Assembly: GCA_033763315.1 (NCBI GenBank)
Contig: JANRKS010000005.1
Coordinates: forward strand, 205,840 to 269,839
DNA length: 64,000 bases
Source of the DNA: Deltaproteobacteria bacterium
GTDB taxonomy: Bacteria > Myxococcota_A > Polyangia > Fen-1088
Direction of reading: 5' to 3'
In this document: piece by piece, positions 62,738-64,000 of the stretch
Layout: each line of letters begins with the position of its first letter
Position numbering within the stretch: the first letter of the stretch is position 1
Notes under the pieces: model-generated
Told to the model about the DNA's origin: nothing
What the model saw: the letters and a program-made list of their open reading frames with translations, nothing else
Database searches by the model: none
Made by a program: the position numbers and the translations under genes

Positions 62738-63690
62738 GACAGATTTGGTTTGTGGTTCTTATTGGTGTGTGGTTGGCAAGCGTCGGCCTGGCACGTGCTT
62801 GTGCTCCCGCGGCCCGCGGTTGGGTTTTGTTTCAGCTAAGCCCAGATTTCGATGCTGCGTTTGCTGAAGCGGCGCGCGCGCACCTCGCGGCGGAGCTTGA
62901 GCCGCGTGGGGTGGCCGTGTGCACAGAGCTGCTTTCCGATACCAGCCGCCCGCCTCTGGCTCGCGTGTTTGTGCAAGGCGCGCCCGATGGTGTCGCGGTT
63001 TTACGCATTGAAGACGACGTCACGCAAACAACAGTAGAGCGGAGGATCGATTTTTCCCACGTGCCGTCTCAAGGGCGCGCGTTGACATTTGGTCTAGCCA
63101 CGGATGAGTTGCTCGGCGTGGGCTGGGCCAGTGTCGTGGCGAAACGCGCGCCGCCCGCCGAAGTTGCCAGGCCGCTGGCAACGCCCCTGCACCAAATGAC
63201 GCTCGGCCTCGACGTGTCGTCGTTCACGAACGGGCCGACGCTGGCGGGGCCTGCTTTCGTGTTCTCCACGACGCGAGGGCGTTGGTCTCCCCGCCTGCGC
63301 CTCGGCGCGCGGTATGGCCCCTCGCTTGGGGCAGTGCATGGCGACGTGACCTTTCGCGAATGGCACGCGGGTTTAGGCCTTGCGTGGTTGATCACACCCG
63401 ATCGCGGGGCTTGGCAGATCGGCCCCACGATAGATGCAGAAATGTTGCGCGTGACAGTGCAGGGGCAAGCGCAAGCGGGTGCGCTGGCGGGGCGAGGGGA
63501 CGCGTGGGCCGCCTTGGCCACAGCGGGGCTCATCGCGCATTGGCGCGTGAATCGCACGGTGTTTGTTTCATCGCGTGTGTGCGGCGGCTATGTGCTTGCG
63601 CCTGTGCGCGCTGCCGACGCCGGCCAAAGGGTGGGCGGCATGCAATCGTTCGTGGCGCAAGTGTTGCTGGGCATGGGGGTGGCATTTTGA
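62734..63690 (+). CDS. Hypothetical secreted protein downstream of the ECF sigma/anti-sigma pair (TTG start overlapping the anti-sigma stop)
   Basis: The frame is open from the TTG at 62734, giving signal peptide '(M)RQIWFVVLIGVWLASVGLARACA'. Gly/Ala-rich, beta-strand-like alternation. No domain recognised. Confidence 0.4.
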   Translation: MRQIWFVVLIGVWLASVGLARACAPAARGWVLFQLSPDFDAAFAEAARAHLAAELEPRGVAVCTELLSDTSRPPLARVFVQGAPDGVAVLRIEDDVTQTTVERRIDFSHVPSQGRALTFGLATDELLGVGWASVVAKRAPPAEVARPLATPLHQMTLGLDVSSFTNGPTLAGPAFVFSTTRGRWSPRLRLGARYGPSLGAVHGDVTFREWHAGLGLAWLITPDRGAWQIGPTIDAEMLRVTVQGQAQAGALAGRGDAWAALATAGLIAHWRVNRTVFVSSRVCGGYVLAPVRAADAGQRVGGMQSFVAQVLLGMGVAF

Positions 63691-63698
63691 AATCAACC

Positions 63699-64000
63699 AT
63701 GGGGGTTTGCGTTGGCCTTGCGCTTGTGTGCGCGTGCGACGGCATCACTTTGAATGTCCTTGATGGCCCGGGCGCCTGCGTGTCCATTGGCAACATGAAC
63801 GCGCAAGCCGCGCGCAGCACCGATGAATTTGTCAATTCCATAGGGCTCAAGCCACTGGGCCTTGACTCTTCTGATCCGCGCCTGACTGAGAGCATCGCCA
63901 CGTTAGGCATCCGTCACATCATCCTGAGGGAGGACTGGATGGGTGCGATCAACGCGCTTGATCTCCGAGGCTTGGTGACGATCGAAGATCTCGCCGATGC
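63699..64000 (+). CDS. Hypothetical lipoprotein, 3'-truncated at the window edge
   Basis: ATG at 63699, 8 nt after the previous stop. 'MGVCVGLALVCACDG' is lipobox-like. The frame is open to the end of the window. Confidence 0.3.
   Translation, partial: MGVCVGLALVCACDGITLNVLDGPGACVSIGNMNAQAARSTDEFVNSIGLKPLGLDSSDPRLTESIATLGIRHIILREDWMGAINALDLRGLVTIEDLAD

Noticed and set aside
1-64000. Mobile elements, prophage, integrases, toxin-antitoxin or restriction-modification genes that might mark a genomic island
   Set aside because: No transposase, integrase, phage structural or RM/TA-like translations were found in any frame. GC content appears uniform apart from short AT-rich promoter patches, so there is no evidence for a horizontally acquired island.
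1-64000. tRNA, rRNA and other structured RNA genes
   Set aside because: Intergenic gaps are few and short (longest about 600 bp) and contain no cloverleaf-like or rRNA-like sequence that I could recognise by eye. This cannot be excluded without tRNAscan/Infernal.

Overview
This 64-kb window is high-GC (roughly 63-66%) and almost entirely coding, with no rRNA, tRNA, CRISPR array, transposase or integrase recognisable. Several features point to a Myxococcota-like genome: many lipoproteins, MopE-type 'putative metal-binding' Cys motifs, a fibro-slime domain, a PEP/MYXO-CTERM-like tail, a Ser/Thr kinase, ECF sigma/anti-sigma and a histone-H1-like protein. Recognisable genes, in order, are: a 5'-truncated GH27 alpha-galactosidase, a SAM methyltransferase, UspA, a globin-coupled sensor histidine kinase with a single-domain response regulator, a diheme cytochrome c, a two-propeller Reg_prop/Y_Y_Y periplasmic sensor with no kinase domain followed by a NarL/LuxR-type regulator, and an MFS/OMP/two AlkP-superfamily membrane enzyme cluster. 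These are followed by a fibro-slime lipoprotein, a U32 peptidase, a 1875-aa surface lipoprotein whose 3' 2.1 kb is a near-identical 66-75-bp tandem array encoding 28 Cys/Asp/Asn-rich MopE-like modules, and a flotillin (YqiK-like) gene translationally coupled to a 1752-aa protein with an AAA_5 ATPase domain. Nearby are an NfeD/YqiJ-like gene and an HExxH protease, then a histone H1-like protein, Amt, a membrane Ser/Thr kinase, two CPA antiporters, a CzcCBA/CusCBA-type HME-RND efflux operon preceded by a small Cys-rich secreted ORF, sugar-related enzymes (TIM-barrel isomerase, mutarotase-like, GH78 rhamnosidase, CBM lipoprotein), ArsR-SRPBCC, an AcuI-like reductase, an SPFH Band_7_1 protein with a triple zinc ribbon, an MFS transporter and an ECF sigma/anti-sigma pair. 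The strongest candidate for an undescribed system is the flotillin-giant AAA_5 ATPase module with a displaced NfeD-like partner. Other points worth a second look are the hyper-repetitive metal/Ca-binding lipoprotein, the convergent pair of opposite-topology NPP-like membrane enzymes, the kinase-less propeller sensor, and several candidate leader/operator elements. All calls rest on reading the translations and the DNA; no database searches were run.
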